A stretch of 64,000 bases of DNA. Source: Octopus bimaculoides (lineage: Eukaryota). A program made the translations under genes and the position numbers. The notes below the pieces were generated by a model. The model had not been told where the DNA came from and made no database searches. It saw only the letters and a list, made by a program, of their open reading frames with translations. Where the stretch lies: assembly GCF_001194135.2 (NCBI RefSeq), contig NC_068987.1:2008296-2072295 (forward strand). The letters are read 5' to 3'. Below, in pieces: positions 12,136-26,423 of the stretch. The first letter of the stretch is position 1; each line of letters starts with the position of its first letter.

Positions 12136-13190
12136 TAATTACTCTCAGCCCATCTGTAAATTGAGTCGGACTCCTGCTGCAAGTGTGCAACATCGTGGGG
12201 TTCTGTATTTTCTACGAGTCTTTCGTATCGTCTACGTAGCTAGCAAAGGTGGCTCGCCGGTCACTTGAGGGCATATTTGAGAGGGCCACTATGAAAAGCA
12301 GTGGTCCCAAGTCAGTGCTCTGTAGAACACCACTCACTATTTGTGTTTCCTTTGAGGTGGCTCCATTGGCCACCACTGCCTGACTTCTATCTTTCAGAAA
12401 GTCATGTAACCACTCTCCAAGTTTTCCAGCTATGTCAAGATCACGCAGTTTGTGGCATATCATACCATGATTCACTTTATCAAAAGCTTTTGCAAATTCA
12501 AGGTATATTAAGCCCACAATTGAGTTGTTGAGTAACTCCCTCAACAACCAGTAATAATGTTGTAAGAGCTGGGTCAAGCAGCTCCTATTTGGTCGCGAGC
12601 CATGCTGGGTATCACTCAATAAGTTATTTTCTTCAAGGAATGCGATTAGTTTCCCTCTGACTATCTGACTATCAGAGAGACAGGCCTATAGTTTTTGGCG
12701 TCTGTTCTGCACCCTCTTTTATGGATTGGGCATATTATTCCCTTCTTCAGTTTGCTTGGTAGCCTGCCACTTGCAAGACAGCTCTGGAAAAGAATCTGTA
12801 GAGGTTTCGCCAGGGCACGCTTACACCATTCGAGGAGGATTGCTGGGAAACAATTAAGACCAGCAGTTGAGTTTGCGTCCACCTTTTCTACGGCTCATAG
12901 TATATCTTCTTCGCTAATGTCGATGTAATCCATCGTAACTGCCTCGCTGCTTATAGGTGAGGCGGCAAAGAAATTCACTGGTTCGTTCACTTGTCTGTGT
13001 TCCAACGGGGTGGCAAAGACACTTTTGAACAGGTCATGCAGTACCTCACTGATCCTGGTTGGACTGTCTGTTAGGGAGCCATCCTTTTTGGAAGAGGAGT
13101 CTTATCTTGCAGCGTACGGAGGCTATTTCTTTGGCATAATCAAAGAAGGCCTTTGCGTTTGACTTAATGTTTTTTATAACCCAGGCTTCG
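12136..13190 (-). pseudogene. CR1-clade LINE ORF2 RT fragment
   Basis: Motifs PIHKRG...KNYRPVSL, SDTQHG.RPNRSCLTQLL, IYLEFAKAFDKVNH, SGVLQST.LGPLLF, SYVDDTK, LQQESDSIYRWAESN. Contains frameshifts and a deletion after YRPVSL. Confidence 0.92.
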
Positions 13191-13674
13191 TATATATATA
13201 TATATATATATGTGTATGTATGTATGTGTGTGTGTGTGTGTGTGTGTGTTATATATATATGTATGTATACACACTTATATAAGTACAGATGTACGCTATC
13301 GTCTGTTGAGGTTTTCAAAAATGTATTTGAGTGAACATGTGTTTGCGCGCGCGCGCGTGTGTGAAAGAGAGAGAGAGAGAGAGAGTTGTTTTGGATAAAT
13401 CTATGTTAGATGTAAGAACAACAAGAGATATTTGGATCGAGACCAACATTGAGTTCTGCTCGTCTGTTCCTTTCTGTCCCGTTTTCTGGTCCATTGCAGG
13501 CAGAACTGGGTCAAACAGTTGCTAACATTTATCAATAAATACCACGTCTCACTCAACAACAGATGCACCTTAACACATACATATACAGACAGACACACAG
13601 ACAGACAGATATATAGATAGATTAATAGATAGACAATGTGTGAGTATATATATATATATATGCATGCATATATT

Positions 13675-13734
<60 letters not shown>

Positions 13735-14472
13735 TGTGTGTGTGTGTATGCATATATATATATAAATATATACATATATATATACATATAAATGCATATA
13801 TATATATACATATATATACNNNNNNNNNNNNNNNNNNNNNNNNNNNNNNNNNNNNNNNNNNNNNNNNNNNNNNNNNNNNNNNNNNNNNNNNNNNNNNNNN
13901 NNNNNNNNNNNNNNNNNNNNNNNNNNNNNNNNNNNNNNNNNNNNNNNNNNNNNNNNNNNNNNNNNNNNNNNNNNNNNNNNNNNNNNNNNNNNNNNNNNNN
14001 NNNNNNNNNNNNNNNNNNNNNNNNNNNNNNNNNNNNNNNNNNNNNNNNNNNNNNNNNNNNNNNNNNNNNNNNNNNNNNNNNNNNNNNNNNNNNNNNNNNN
14101 NNNNNNNNNNNNNNNNNNNNNNNNNNNNNNNNNNNNNNNNNNNNNNNNNNNNNNNNNNNNNNNNNNNNNNNNNNNNNNNNNNNNNNNNNNNNNNNNNNNN
14201 NNNNNNNNNNNNNNNNNNNNNNNNNNNNNNNNNNNNNNNNNNNNNNNNNNNNNNNNNNNNNNNNNNNNNNNNNNNNNNNNNNNNNNNNNNNNNNNNNNNN
14301 NNNNNNNNNNNNNNNNNNNNNNNNNNNNNNNNNNNNNNNNNNNNNNNNNNNNNNNNNNNNNNNNNNNNNNNNNNNNNNNNNNNNNNNNNNNNNNNNNNNN
14401 NNNNNNNNNNNNNNNNNNNNNNNNNNNNNNNNNNNNNNNNNNNNNNNNNNNNNNNNNNNNNNNNNNNNNNNN

Positions 14473-14514
<42 letters not shown>

Positions 14515-14889
14515 GTGTGTAATAACACATGCACACACATCAATACTTCGGTGGTACATACATAGATATGCTTATATATATGTGTGTGTATGTGTGTGTT
14601 TAATGAACTCATCCAGTGAATTTATTTACTCCTACGATGTCTCCCTAACTCTATGATGTCTCCCTGGCGACACATCACCTCGTTAAACCGCAGCATCTAC
14701 CACGCTGTTACGGTGTACATCCAGTTTGCATTACATATGTTGCACTAAAGTGAGGGTTCACTTTCACCCCACTCCTCAAACTTGACCTAATTCCACTAAT
14801 TATTCAACTGGGTCACATTTGCACGTCATAACGTACTTTTATTGCACTCAGTCGAGTGATTCGCTCATCTCTGGAGACTTTAAATATAT

Positions 14890-15900
14890 CCACTGACCTC
14901 CCTTCTTAACCACATCCTCCTCATCAACTATGTCAGTTATCAGCCATCACTAACCTCTAAAGACATTAAATATAGTTAGCACCTCCTTTCTTAACCACAA
15001 CTTCACTAACTATGGTTGTTTATCATCAGAAACTAAGCCCCTTATACACACACACACACACACACACACACAAAGACAAACGCACACGGACACATATACA
15101 CTGTGTCCAACAAATCCTCTACATCCGTCTTCGATTGGAAAATGCTCCGCTATCCAGCCTGTGTCTTCACATTCCTCGAGGAGGTTTACATAACGGTCAA
15201 TCTTTCGAGCCCGAGCGGCGTCCATGTTATCTTCATGAGGAACCGTTAACTCGACTAGATTCACGATTTTCTTTCACACCACATTAAAATGTCCGGTTTT
15301 TTTCGTAACTGCGATGGGAAAGAGTCCCTGGTACCGTGGTAAATCTGCAGCCACCTCCCAATAGCCGTTCCACTTTTCATCGCTCACAGGAAGTTTCTTC
15401 TTCTTGAAACGGATCTGCTGCCCCGAGTGCACGAAGGTAATGAAATCTCTAGATGGTACTTTCAACGGGTTTTTTTTTTTTTTTGAGATCAATTTGGTTC
15501 ATTATAGCATTGAAGATAACCTTCAGGACCAGGTTGTGTTTCCATGTATATCTATTCAATGCGAGTGAACAGTTGAAACAAATATGTCTCAGTGTTCCAA
15601 CCTTTCCGCATTTGCATAAATCATTCTCTGAGACGGTCCATCTTACTAGATTTTCAGGTGATGCCAGATTTTCAGGTGATGCCAGATTTTCAGGTGATGC
15701 CAGATTTTCAGGTGATGCCAGATTTTCAGGTGATGCCAGATTTTCAGGTGATGGCCATTGAATGCCTTTAGAAGAGTTCATTCAGTTATTTTGATCGGGT
15801 GTTCTGTCATGTAAAATAATGGCATGTGCTGAAGCATCTCTTCCAACTGCTACAACCCCCACACATAAATAAAGGCATCTTCTTTTGTTTCTCCTCTGAA
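14890..15900 (-). pseudogene. Hero/NeSL-like REL-endonuclease LINE, 3' fragment
   Basis: PSPENLVRW, zinc knuckle CKCGKVGTLRHICFNC..ALNRYTWKHN.VL, then ELTVPHEDNMDAARARKIDRY..L.EECEDTGW...FPIE.GCRGF and LWLRKE. Interrupted by (CA)n at about 15045-15100. Confidence 0.85.
15648..15755. repeat. 18-bp tandem repeat x6 inside the Hero-like LINE
   Basis: Unit AGATTTTCAGGTGATGCC; the last unit ends GGC. Encodes repeated (A)SPENL on the minus strand. Confidence 0.97.
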
Positions 15901-17486
15901 GCTCTGTAAATGATCATGCGCACCACCACATAAAGACCCATACTATGTCACCTATTCTTCAATTCCTGAAACTGATAAACGGGTGGACAGTATGACCGTT
16001 CTCTCGGATAATAGCTATCTTGGGGTACATAACTTAATACGCCCTGCCATGCCTAAGACAGTGGCATATATTGTGAGGAAAGAAAATAGGGCTGTTATTT
16101 CTATCAGGTGAAAGGAATAAATCGGGGCCCCTCCTATCCCGCTATTATTCATTTTAGTCACATTTTCTGTTTTGAGAATCTTGCTGATTTTTACCTCTTT
16201 CCACTCAACTCTGTCGTGGGAGTGGTCTAATGAAAAATGAACGATGAATCTCTCACCAGGTGGCTAGCTTTGATGATAGTTTTTTTTTTTTATCAATGAA
16301 GTAGAAATAGTTTGGAGAAAATGGCAGCTTTTAAATTTTATTTTGCAAATGAGAATCATTAAATTTAGAAGATGTGTCTTGGAGTTACAGTTGAAATAAT
16401 ACCGTCGTTAAATGTAGTGGCAAGCTGTTCATTTAGAATACCTTTTTTCGTTTTCTTGAATGGCAGTTTCAAGGATTCCAATCGTGTCACTCCAGGAAGC
16501 AACACAAACGATTACATTCTTTTGATTTTGACAAATCTGAAGAACTCTGTCAGATTCCGTGTCGTGTTTCCTTCTATCGTGCTGTGTACAATATGGTCAT
16601 AGGCTTTGCTTCCTGTATGCCCTTCCTGACAATGTTTCAAGTCTGTTAAAACACGCTTAGTATGAACTGCACTTTATTTTTATCATCCTGCTGCTAAATT
16701 CTCTTTTTTCTGTCAAATATGTCTTCATGTTCTTTGACAGATGTAGCAACTGCATCTCGGTACAATGTCGATGGGTTGGAGGTGAAAATGGCTAACATTG
16801 ACTCAGATCACAGATGAGATGCACTCACATTGTTCACAGGAAACAGCTGCAGTGAACCCCTGAGAATATATTTGCACAAAACGTGGCTTTGCACACCTAG
16901 TCCACAGCATGTTTATCATCACATCTCGACACTACAAATGATCCATTCTACACCAACTGTCATTTCACCCCGTCACTCAACTAAACACCCCCTTCTTACA
17001 ATACTTTGATTCTCTTTAAACATATTTTATAGGATTTCATGTTTTCTTTTGAAACTGTTCCTTACGAACAACTCAATGCAATCTCAATTTACTTGTCGTG
17101 TGTATTAAGGAGTACACACACAGTGGAATGCCTTATGAGTAACTAGTCTTCATACATATATTGACTTATGTTCGTGTGTGTCGGTGCGTGCCAGTGGGGC
17201 ATGTGCGTAGGTGTCTCAATGGTGTTTTCTGTGTGAGTATATATACATACGTGTGTACGTACATATCAAGATATATATGCTAATATGTGGTAATTCACTT
17301 TGCTAAAAATAGCAGCCACGTATCTTTCAAATTACATCTTACCGACTTGAAAGACAAGTTTATGTTGGATAGTGCCATATATGGTACATTGGAGAATTTT
17401 ACGAGGTGGTCACAGAGGATACTAGTATGAAGAATTAGAAATATGTGTGTGCAAGAAAGTACATGCATACATACATATACATTTCA

Positions 17487-17528
17487 CTATTGCCCACAGG
17501 GGGTTAAACATAGAGGGGACAAACAAGG

Positions 17529-17532
<4 letters not shown>
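17487..17532 (-). mobile_element. SINE tail variant (family C), second copy
   Basis: TATTGCCCACAGGGGGTTAAACATAGAGGGGACAAACAAGGACA is nearly identical to 2226-2301. Confidence 0.7.
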
Positions 17533-17562
<30 letters not shown>

Positions 17563-18084
17563 TCCAGTAGACTGAAGTAATTGATAGATGAAATAGATGA
17601 AATAGATGTACAGGGATGATTCGCTTGGCCTCTTCAGAGATTTTATAAAATTTATAAAGGTTGAGTTAAGAATATTCAAATATAAAACTATAAAAACCGT
17701 AAAAACCCAAATATATAAGAATACTTAAACATATACATAGATATATAGATAAATAAATATAAATACATAAATACATATATGTACATTTAAATGTACATAC
17801 ACAAATGTCCATACATGCACACAAATGAATCAATTATTATTGTTATTATACACGAGGAGGACACATATATACCCACCTACACTTACATACACACATATAT
17901 GCATAAACATTTCCGTACTGATATGTTCAGTGGTACATACGCAACATANNNNNNNNNNNNNNNNNNNNNNNNNNNNNNNNNNNNNNNNNNNNNNNNNNNN
18001 NNNNNNNNNNNNNNNNTATATATACATACATATATATACACATGTATACACATATATATGTGTATGTGTGTGAGTGTCTGTGTG

Positions 18085-18134
<50 letters not shown>

Positions 18135-18159
18135 TAATATAAATGCATATAAATATACA

Positions 18160-18352
18160 CAGCTCCTCAATATCCTCCCGAAGGACCTGAGAGACCTGCA
18201 TGGGGTGGATGTAGTTGTTTTCAAGACGATACTGGACCTCTTGCTGCCAAGTGTCCCAGACGAACCAATTTCACACCAGGAAGTGCAGATGAGGGCAGCG
18301 CCATCAAACTCCCTCATGCACCAAATGTATTCAGGAATACAAAGTCACCCTC
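18160..18352 (+). pseudogene. CR1-clade LINE ORF2 C-terminal fragment
   Basis: QLLNILPKDLRDLHGVDVVVFKTILDLLLPSVPDEP...RAAPSNSLMHQM matches the typical LFN.LP..LR...FK..LD..L..VPDEP...AA.SNSL end of invertebrate CR1 ORF2. Confidence 0.75.
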
Positions 18353-18937
18353 AACCGTAAATCCGAATGGGGTTACACCCAGATTCCACTCGGGAGTACC
18401 CATCTATAATCACCCCTTTCTCCCATTTACATGAAGAAATCCATACGTATCTGGTACTGAAATACATACACGTAATTATATATTATCGTATGAGTGTACA
18501 TAGATTAATATGTATGTACGTATGTGTAGATGTATGTATACTTTAGCATGCGTGTGTGTGTGTGTGTGTCTGTGTGTATTTGTTGTGAGTATATGTGTAT
18601 GTATGAGTGTGTAGATGTATGCACGTATGAGTATGTGTGTAGATATATGTACATATTATATATATGTGTATTTATGCACATATATATGTATGTGTCTATG
18701 TAAAATAAACATTTTGAAAGTTTTTGAATTTTAACTGTCGTCTGCGAAAATAGTGACATATACATATGTAGATGGATAAGCGTATATGCGTATACTTTAA
18801 GATTATATGTATATATATCAGTGTGTATATGTGTTTATATGATTGTGTGTGTTTGTATATATGTATAGTTAGGGCTATGTTTGCATGTATGTATCTAAGA
18901 CAGTGTATCCATTCACTGTTAGACGGTGGTGAGAGGA

Positions 18938-18968
<31 letters not shown>

Positions 18969-19798
18969 GCATGTGCGTGTGTGTGTCTGTGTACATAAAT
19001 ATTTGTATATATGAACTATAAAAATCCTAAGTTATGAGAGATGACAAGATATGTATTTAACGGCGTGGTATCCTTGATTGATATTTGCCTACGTGTATGC
19101 ACTGATATGTATACTCTGCATTATACAGTACAGTGTATATTCACAAGTCAATACAAACAAAGAAAGCTAGCTCATCAGATCACCAAAAGATGATGGTTAC
19201 ACCAACCATTCAACTCGGCTCGCGCGCGCGTGTTCGTGCGTGTGTTTGTGCATGTGTGCGTGTGTATATGCGTTTGTTTGATTTACTGTCTCCTTGTCTT
19301 GGCATCGAGCAACAGTATGACACTATCCTGCAAAATGGTTCCTTCGTTTCCAATCTTCCAAGTAATAATGTTCGGGCATGGGGAAATATTCGACGAGAAT
19401 GACAAATGGCTGCATGAAATCTTTCTGATCTATATGAAGATGGAAAAGAGGATATTTCGTATGTCACATGGACGATATTTTAATCTGAGACGTTACAACC
19501 ATATCTGAGTGTTCGAGTGTATTAGGTTTGCGTACGTACAGATATTTACTCGGTTGCTGACATTTATCAACGGTTTCTCGCATTATTTCAATGTGCCTTT
19601 CTTTATCCTTAATAAAATTGTTGGCATTTTTGACAATACGGGTATACTAATACATACATACATACATACATGCAAAAATACCCTGCTGTTCATGTTGAAA
19701 TTTCAATGAAGGAACCTCGGATCTAGGTTAGAATTCGGCTCCTTTCTACTGGCAAGAAATCGTGAAATAAAACTGAACAATGACATACATATATATGC

Positions 19799-19830
<32 letters not shown>

Positions 19831-20006
19831 NNNNNNNNNNNNNNNNNNNNNNNNNNNNNNNNNNNNNNNNNNNNNNNNNNNNNNNNNNNNNNNNNNNNNN
19901 NNNNNNNNNNNNNNNNNNNNNNNNNNNNNNNNNNNNNNNNNNNNNNNNNNNNNNNNNNNNNNNNNNNNNNNNNNNNNNNNNNNNNNNNNNNNNNNNNNNN
20001 NNNNNN

Positions 20007-20050
<44 letters not shown>

Positions 20051-20161
20051 TCAGGAAATATTTTGAATTATCCATATATCCATTTGCGCAAATGTCTAGA
20101 CGATGTTCACTACATATAACATTTTTATGAGATAAATCTTTGACTTGCTGTTTACATACCT

Positions 20162-20238
<77 letters not shown>

Positions 20239-20455
20239 CAGTACCTTTTCCTTCCCGTATACAAGTTAGTCAGTGCATACCTAACATATTGTATAAGTAC
20301 ATGCCAATATCAAATAACATTTTAATAGTCTTTCATTTTCATGAGATCCAACTACAGAGCGAGTACGTCTGCTACATGTACTCTAATTCAATTATAGGGT
20401 TTTTGTTTTTAAAACGGCATGATTTGGTTTAAATATCAGGAATCACCCCTTATGT

Positions 20456-20498
<43 letters not shown>

Positions 20499-20864
20499 CA
20501 CACACACACAGATACCCCTTCAGGCATCAACGCCCTTCGTCAATTTTCACTCACTAGATGTGAGTCCAAAGTACTAGACGTTCGTTTTTTTCCCCCGTGG
20601 GGGGATCGAACCCCAAACATATATACTTCCATATCTGAAAGGCGCTCAATGCACATAACCTAAATACTGTGTTATAGAGTAAGCCTGCTGGAGTCGTGGC
20701 TTTGTGGTTAAGAATTTTCTTTCACATCTTTATAGTCTCTGGTTTGATGCCACCATGTAGCAGGAATATTCTTTTACCTGAAACTGGGTCGATCGAAGCC
20801 TTGCGATTAAAATTCAATTGACAAAATGTGAGTGGAATCCCATTGTAGGGACCTTGTTCTTAGG

Positions 20865-21000
20865 TGACAGGCATAATCACTCACCTTGTCTAATACCACC
20901 AGGTTTTACTGAGTTCCACTTTGTTGTTCTATTCATAACCACCACTTCATGGTCCTTATGTGTCTTCAGTTGAATTCAGTGGGTTCTTGCAAAGATCTGA
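20865..21000 (-). pseudogene. Degenerate LINE RT fragment
   Basis: Reads (Y)KDHEVVVMNRTTKWNSVKPGGIRQG-x-LSP, resembling RT motif G.RQG.PLSP. Upstream sequence to about 21420 may belong to it but is not readable. Confidence 0.4.
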
Positions 21001-21562
21001 GCCAAATCGCAGATTTAAGGATAAGTCAATACGCTGTTTAATTGATCCTCACTGTAGTAATTCATAAATTGAACTTAGATATGACTCTAAACTGTATCCA
21101 GTAGTGGGTCCCAGATTCGGAAGTGCCAGTTCCAGGATTTTGAGTAGTATAGGGTCACCCCTTGGCCTCTATTGCTCCTAAGTCTGCTCTGATCTGGGGT
21201 CGTAGCGCTTGTTGGAGTCCCAGGAAATTGCCTCCGGAAGACCCAGGGCAATTGAGGGTATTTATCTCTTTAGCTGATCATCTGAACGAAGTTAATTCTG
21301 TTGAGTTTAAAAGGGCTAAGGAAATGAACTTCTTAGTTAAGTAAGATCGAAGAGAAGGGCCCTCAGCCAGATATGTATGGATAAACCTAACCAACATCTG
21401 GTTTTTGTTGAAGCTCCATGGATACTTTGAACTTGCCTTTTCTTCGTGTGCGCGCACACGTGCACGTGCAAGTGTAATTTCCTGATTTGGTTTAATCCAC
21501 CTATTTAATATTCTCGGTTCAGTGATAATCTAAACGACAGTAAATCATAGAGTCCTATATTT

Positions 21563-21683
21563 AAGAGATGAGGAATTATGTACATTATTTACATTATTTA
21601 CATTATTTACATTTGACGGATATTTGTCCTCATCTTGTTTGTTGTTAACACTGACTGGAATCGAACTCGGAATCTTGGGGTTA
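21563..21683 (-). mobile_element. Inverted, internally deleted copy of the same ribozyme SINE
   Basis: 21655-21683 is the exact reverse complement of 21712-21740 (29/29). 21597-21651 is the reverse complement of 21950-22004 with 1 mismatch in 55. Confidence 0.9.
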
Positions 21684-22004
<321 letters not shown>

Positions 22005-22072
22005 CAACAGGAAATCATTCACAGTTTCATATAGCACACTGAGAAACTTCATGTGTCTTTCGTAAAGCTTAT

Positions 22073-22370
22073 ATAGTGGAACAAAGCTTATATATGGTGG
22101 ATACAAATTTAATTCGTTCCTGAAAGCTGTTCAACACCCGAAATATTCGTAAACCAAAACGTTTTTCCTCATAGGAATTTCAAAAGCAGGCACAGTGAAT
22201 TCGATCAAGGATACGCATTGAGTAAAAACCAGACAGCAACTGATGCCCCACTGCAGATTGTTGCTGGCTTTTGCGTTCGTTATTCGAGACTCCGTTCATA
22301 ACCAGAAAATTTCTCGTAAACCGAATTTGTTCGTGATGAGAAGCGTTCGTAAACCGAGGTTCTACCCCAT
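22073..22370. mobile_element. Tigger/pogo-like non-autonomous DNA transposon remnant
   Basis: Right end reverse complement reads GTAGAACCTCGGTTTACGAAC with repeated TTCG..AAC/ACGAA motifs. Left end TA-TAGTGGAAC is followed by AATTCGTTCC...TTCGTAAACCAAAAC...TTTCC-CATAGGAA. Both are typical of Tigger termini. Confidence 0.6.
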
Positions 22371-22713
22371 TTCCGGACACATTCCTCAACTTTTGATTTG
22401 AGACAATACCATTGGTAGTTATCCAGGTTATAGGAACTGGGTCGAAGGGGTGATAAATCTTTACAGGAAAACGAAGTTGATGTGGATTTTGCTCGGGGCT
22501 GTGGTGTTGATGGTGGGGGCGGTGGTGATAGTAGTATTGTTGTTATTATTGATGGTGATGATGGTGTTAGTCTTACCTTGCTGATATTGGTGGTGATGCT
22601 GGCGGTGGTGGTGGTGGGTGGGTGTTACTGAAAAATAGTCTTGCATTCATTTGGTGTTTCATAGTATTAGCGATAGCAGTAATGACGTGAGGTTGTTATC
22701 ATCGATGTTACAC

Positions 22714-22714
<1 letters not shown>

Positions 22715-22748
<34 letters not shown>

Positions 22749-22749
22749 A

Positions 22750-22818
<69 letters not shown>
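22715..22818. repeat. (TAG)n(CAG)n(TAG)n compound microsatellite
   Basis: Direct reading. Confidence 0.95.
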
Positions 22819-23444
22819 CGTTCTGTTTTTAGACGACGATATTGTCGTCGTTGCTGGTGGGGGTATTTTTTGGTGTTTCATTGTGGCGCAGCGGGTAGGA
22901 ACCGCATGTAGTGCAGTGAGTAAAACTGATGGCCTGGCACGCTCCAAGAACCGCTGTTTACACATCGTCATACTAATCCTTTGATGTCTGTTGAATCAGC
23001 CGCAATCAATTCCTGGTGGCGCTTCACTCGCACTCAGAGACCGCCTAACAGATGTATCCACGCCCACCACCCTCTAACTCTACATTCTCTCTCTTCTCTC
23101 TTCTCTCTTCTCTCTTCTCTCTCAACACTCTGCTCTATATACCTTAGTATTTATTTTCTCGCTGGAGGAGTCAAGTTGTTTAGAATAGCGCCATTATTGT
23201 TGTCCCAGTTCTTCCAGCTTCATTCTTCCTTCCACACATTCATCGCTAACCAATTTTAATTAACTTCCTCTATGCTCTTCTCTTTTTATTTCCAAGACAC
23301 CTCGTCACTTCTTTCGCTGTTTTTTATTCCTGTTGCTCTTCTTCCTACTACTGACGCTGCTGCTGCTGCTGTTGGTGCTGTTGCGGTAGTTGTTGGTGAT
23401 GGTGGTGCATAGGACGGCATTCCTGGTGCATCTGGTGCAATTCT

Positions 23445-23643
23445 TTTATATTTCATTTACTTCAGTCAGTGGACTATAGCCATGCTGGAGCACCAGCTTG
23501 GAGAATTTCAGTCGAATGAATCAACCCATTAATTACTTTTTTTTCAAAGCCCGTTACTTATTCCATAGGTTTCTTTTCCCGAACCACTGAGCTACGGAAA
23601 CGTAAACGCACCAACACCGGTTGTCAAGGAGCGGTAGGAACAA

Positions 23644-23681
<38 letters not shown>

Positions 23682-23831
23682 NNNNNNNNNNNNNNNNNNN
23701 NNNNNNNNNNNNNNNNNNNNNNNNNNNNNNNNNNNNNNNNNNNNNNNNNNNNNNNNNNNNNNNNNNNNNNNNNNNNNNNNNNNNNNNNNNNNNNNNNNNN
23801 NNNNNNNNNNNNNNNNNNNNNNNNNNNNNNN

Positions 23832-23871
<40 letters not shown>

Positions 23872-24030
23872 GACGAGCTTCTTTCAGTTTCCGTATCCAC
23901 CAAATCCACTCAATAAGGCTTCGCTCTACTCGAGGCTATAAAAGAAGAAACTTGCCCAAGGTGCCACGTTGTAGGACTGAACCTGGAAGGCGTGGTTAGG
24001 AAGTAAACTTCTTACCACACAGCCACGCCT
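23445..24030 (-). mobile_element. Bipartite tRNA SINE family A (head + microsatellite + tail), full copy spanning a gap
   Basis: Head AGGCGTGGCTGTGTGGTAAGAAG...GGTTCAGTCC at about 23870-24030, then (TA)n/gap/(TG)n, then tail ...GCTCCAGCATGGC...CACTGACTGAAG at about 23445-23640. Confidence 0.88.
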
Positions 24031-24039
24031 GCATATTGG

Positions 24040-24071
<32 letters not shown>

Positions 24072-25090
24072 CTGGTGTGAGTGGTAGGAGCAGTCTTAGC
24101 TTTAGTGATGATGGTAGTAGTAGTAGTAGTAGTATTTGTTGTAGTGTTGCTTGTGGTGGTCGTGGTTTTAACGGTGTAGTTTGTGGTGGCGGTAGTGTAG
24201 CTTNNNNNNNNNNCAGCTATTGTTATTTTTCGTCTTTTTTAAATATATTTTCCTGTCTTTTATGCTTTATCTCCAACAGCCAATGAAAAGATCCTCCTCG
24301 ATTTCTCTTTTTTGTTGTTTTCATTTTTTATTTTCTAGTATTTCAAAAAAAAACAAAAAAAAAGCTCGAGCTACGAGTTTAAGAATAGGGAAATGGTAAC
24401 ATGTCATGAGCTATTTGTAGTGGTGGTGGGGCATCCTCTCGGTCTGGATATCAGGTTAACCAGTGGTTAGAGACCAGACTGAAGAGCTAGCAAGGGACCA
24501 GGCAACGGATTCAGTCGGTCATCCACAAAACACGTACAACCATTTAACAAATTTCTGTTTCAATGGCCAAGACACAGGTCCGACATAGGGATCGAAACCG
24601 GAACATGATTTAGAGTCGAACTTCACCAACACAGACACTTTAAATAGGATGAGTGATGTCGGGGTAAATCTGTGTTTTAGCTCTAGGTCAGACCTCATCG
24701 AGTAGACTTAAAATCAAAGACAATCCAAATGTTATATTGCTGTATATCTGTATATTTCGAACAACTTCAAGCGTTTTTGTTTAAAACGGTCAGACGTGAT
24801 TTGAGGAAGTATCTGACCGTCTGTTTTAGCAGGTCTTGTGATCACGATGCGGAAGACTCTCTCCTTTGTTTTCGCGGTACGTAATAGCGCAGAGTTTTCA
24901 AGCTTCCTGTAAAACATTAATATATAAGACAGGTGTAACATTACTGACAGAGGATATACGACAGGTGTTGTACCAAAGACATTGCGTATGTGTAACAATT
25001 GTTGCACCTGTCCCACAAATGCGTGCGCGTTTGAATGTACAGCGTGTGTGTGTGTTGTGCGTATGTATTCATACATAAAGGTATACATAT

Positions 25091-25142
<52 letters not shown>

Positions 25143-26423
25143 GTTTACATGTTATAAGGTATTAAGTAAAATACAAAAGGCTTTACGAATGGTTATCAAG
25201 TAAATAAATATTCTCAGCAACAATGCTGTAGGGTGTAACCCTGGTGTGTGGAGGGTAGAGAGACACGTTAACAGGCTAAAAAAGCGCTATCTGTCTACAA
25301 GGGTGGATATATTTAACCAAAAGTCCTCGACCTTCCACCAGATCTAAAAACAAGAGCGGAGCCCAATAACTGATTTTGACAAACCCTACATACAAGTATG
25401 TTTCTGCGGGCCGGCGGTTTTGGTCCGCCAACCGAGAGAAACCTTTGATGAATGCGAGAACAACAGCCGCAAATCTCTTGCGATTCTAATCTGGACACCA
25501 GGTTAAACGTGTATGTGCACACACGGACCATCACTATTCTCTCCACATGGTTAGTTGTACAGACGAAATGTTGATAAACTGTATATGAAACAGAGTTTAT
25601 GAGGATTAGAAGGAATTTTGTGACCCACTGCATTTATGCTCGATGATATTCCCAATAACATGGGGAGGATACGAGCATGATCCGTCTTCAGATGATACTG
25701 TCAGGAAATTGGAAACAAAACAAAATTTGCGCACGTGTGTCTGTGTATGTGTAGCTGTCTTTATCTATCTATCTATCTATGTGTCCATCCTTCAATATAT
25801 ATAAATATATATTTGTGTGCGTGTGTGTATGTAACTATGTACGTATGTATGCATGTATGTATGCATGTATGTATGTATATATAGTTATGGGGAAACAGTT
25901 AAGTCATCGAGCGAGCATATAGAAACATGTGGTCAGAAAATGTTTCTAATATTTCCTTTCCACAAACTACATGACGTAAGTGAGGTTGTAAGAAAAATAA
26001 AAGAAAAAAGGGGTTTCTTTTAATGTTCAAACCTGTTCTGAACGGAAATAACAATAATAAACAACCAGTTAATGATGTGAATTAAAAAAATATCTTTAAC
26101 AAATGAATATAAACAAATTACGGAAGACTTTCACTGATTGAAATAAAAACGATCGAAACCAAATAAGTTTTCTCACTCATAAAACCAGTACATGTAAACC
26201 GCAAGCTAATTGGTTAAAATAATATGGGTGAGCCCGGCAAACCGTGACGTTTAAGCTGCATGCTGATTGGTTAAAACTGTATTCAAAAAATTCATTCTGT
26301 TGGAGCCTTCTAAGAGGTATGAAAAGGAAGAAGTCAGTTATTTTACTACAATTGTCAAAAACTCAACTGTCTGTGAAAACCAGACCATGTTTCAACTTTA
26401 TTCAACTGATATACATATATATA

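Noticed and set aside
13570-14612. Long ORFs such as 329 aa at 13570-14559 and similar ones across other gaps
   Set aside because: Made of N runs and dinucleotide repeats (YI, HT, VC, X); artefacts.
15648-15755. CRISPR-like array
   Set aside because: Direct tandem units without spacers, in a eukaryotic LINE.
16330-16960. Possible Helitron helicase or integrase remnant on minus strand
   Set aside because: Only scattered 3-5 residue resemblances in different frames; no motif series.
24203-24213. AGCT next to some gap edges (also 44532) as a biological motif
   Set aside because: Only two cases, at scaffold joins; chance or library artefact.
24786-24822. Hairpin ACGGTCAGA/TCTGACCGT as pre-miRNA
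   Set aside because: Stem is only 9 bp; too short.
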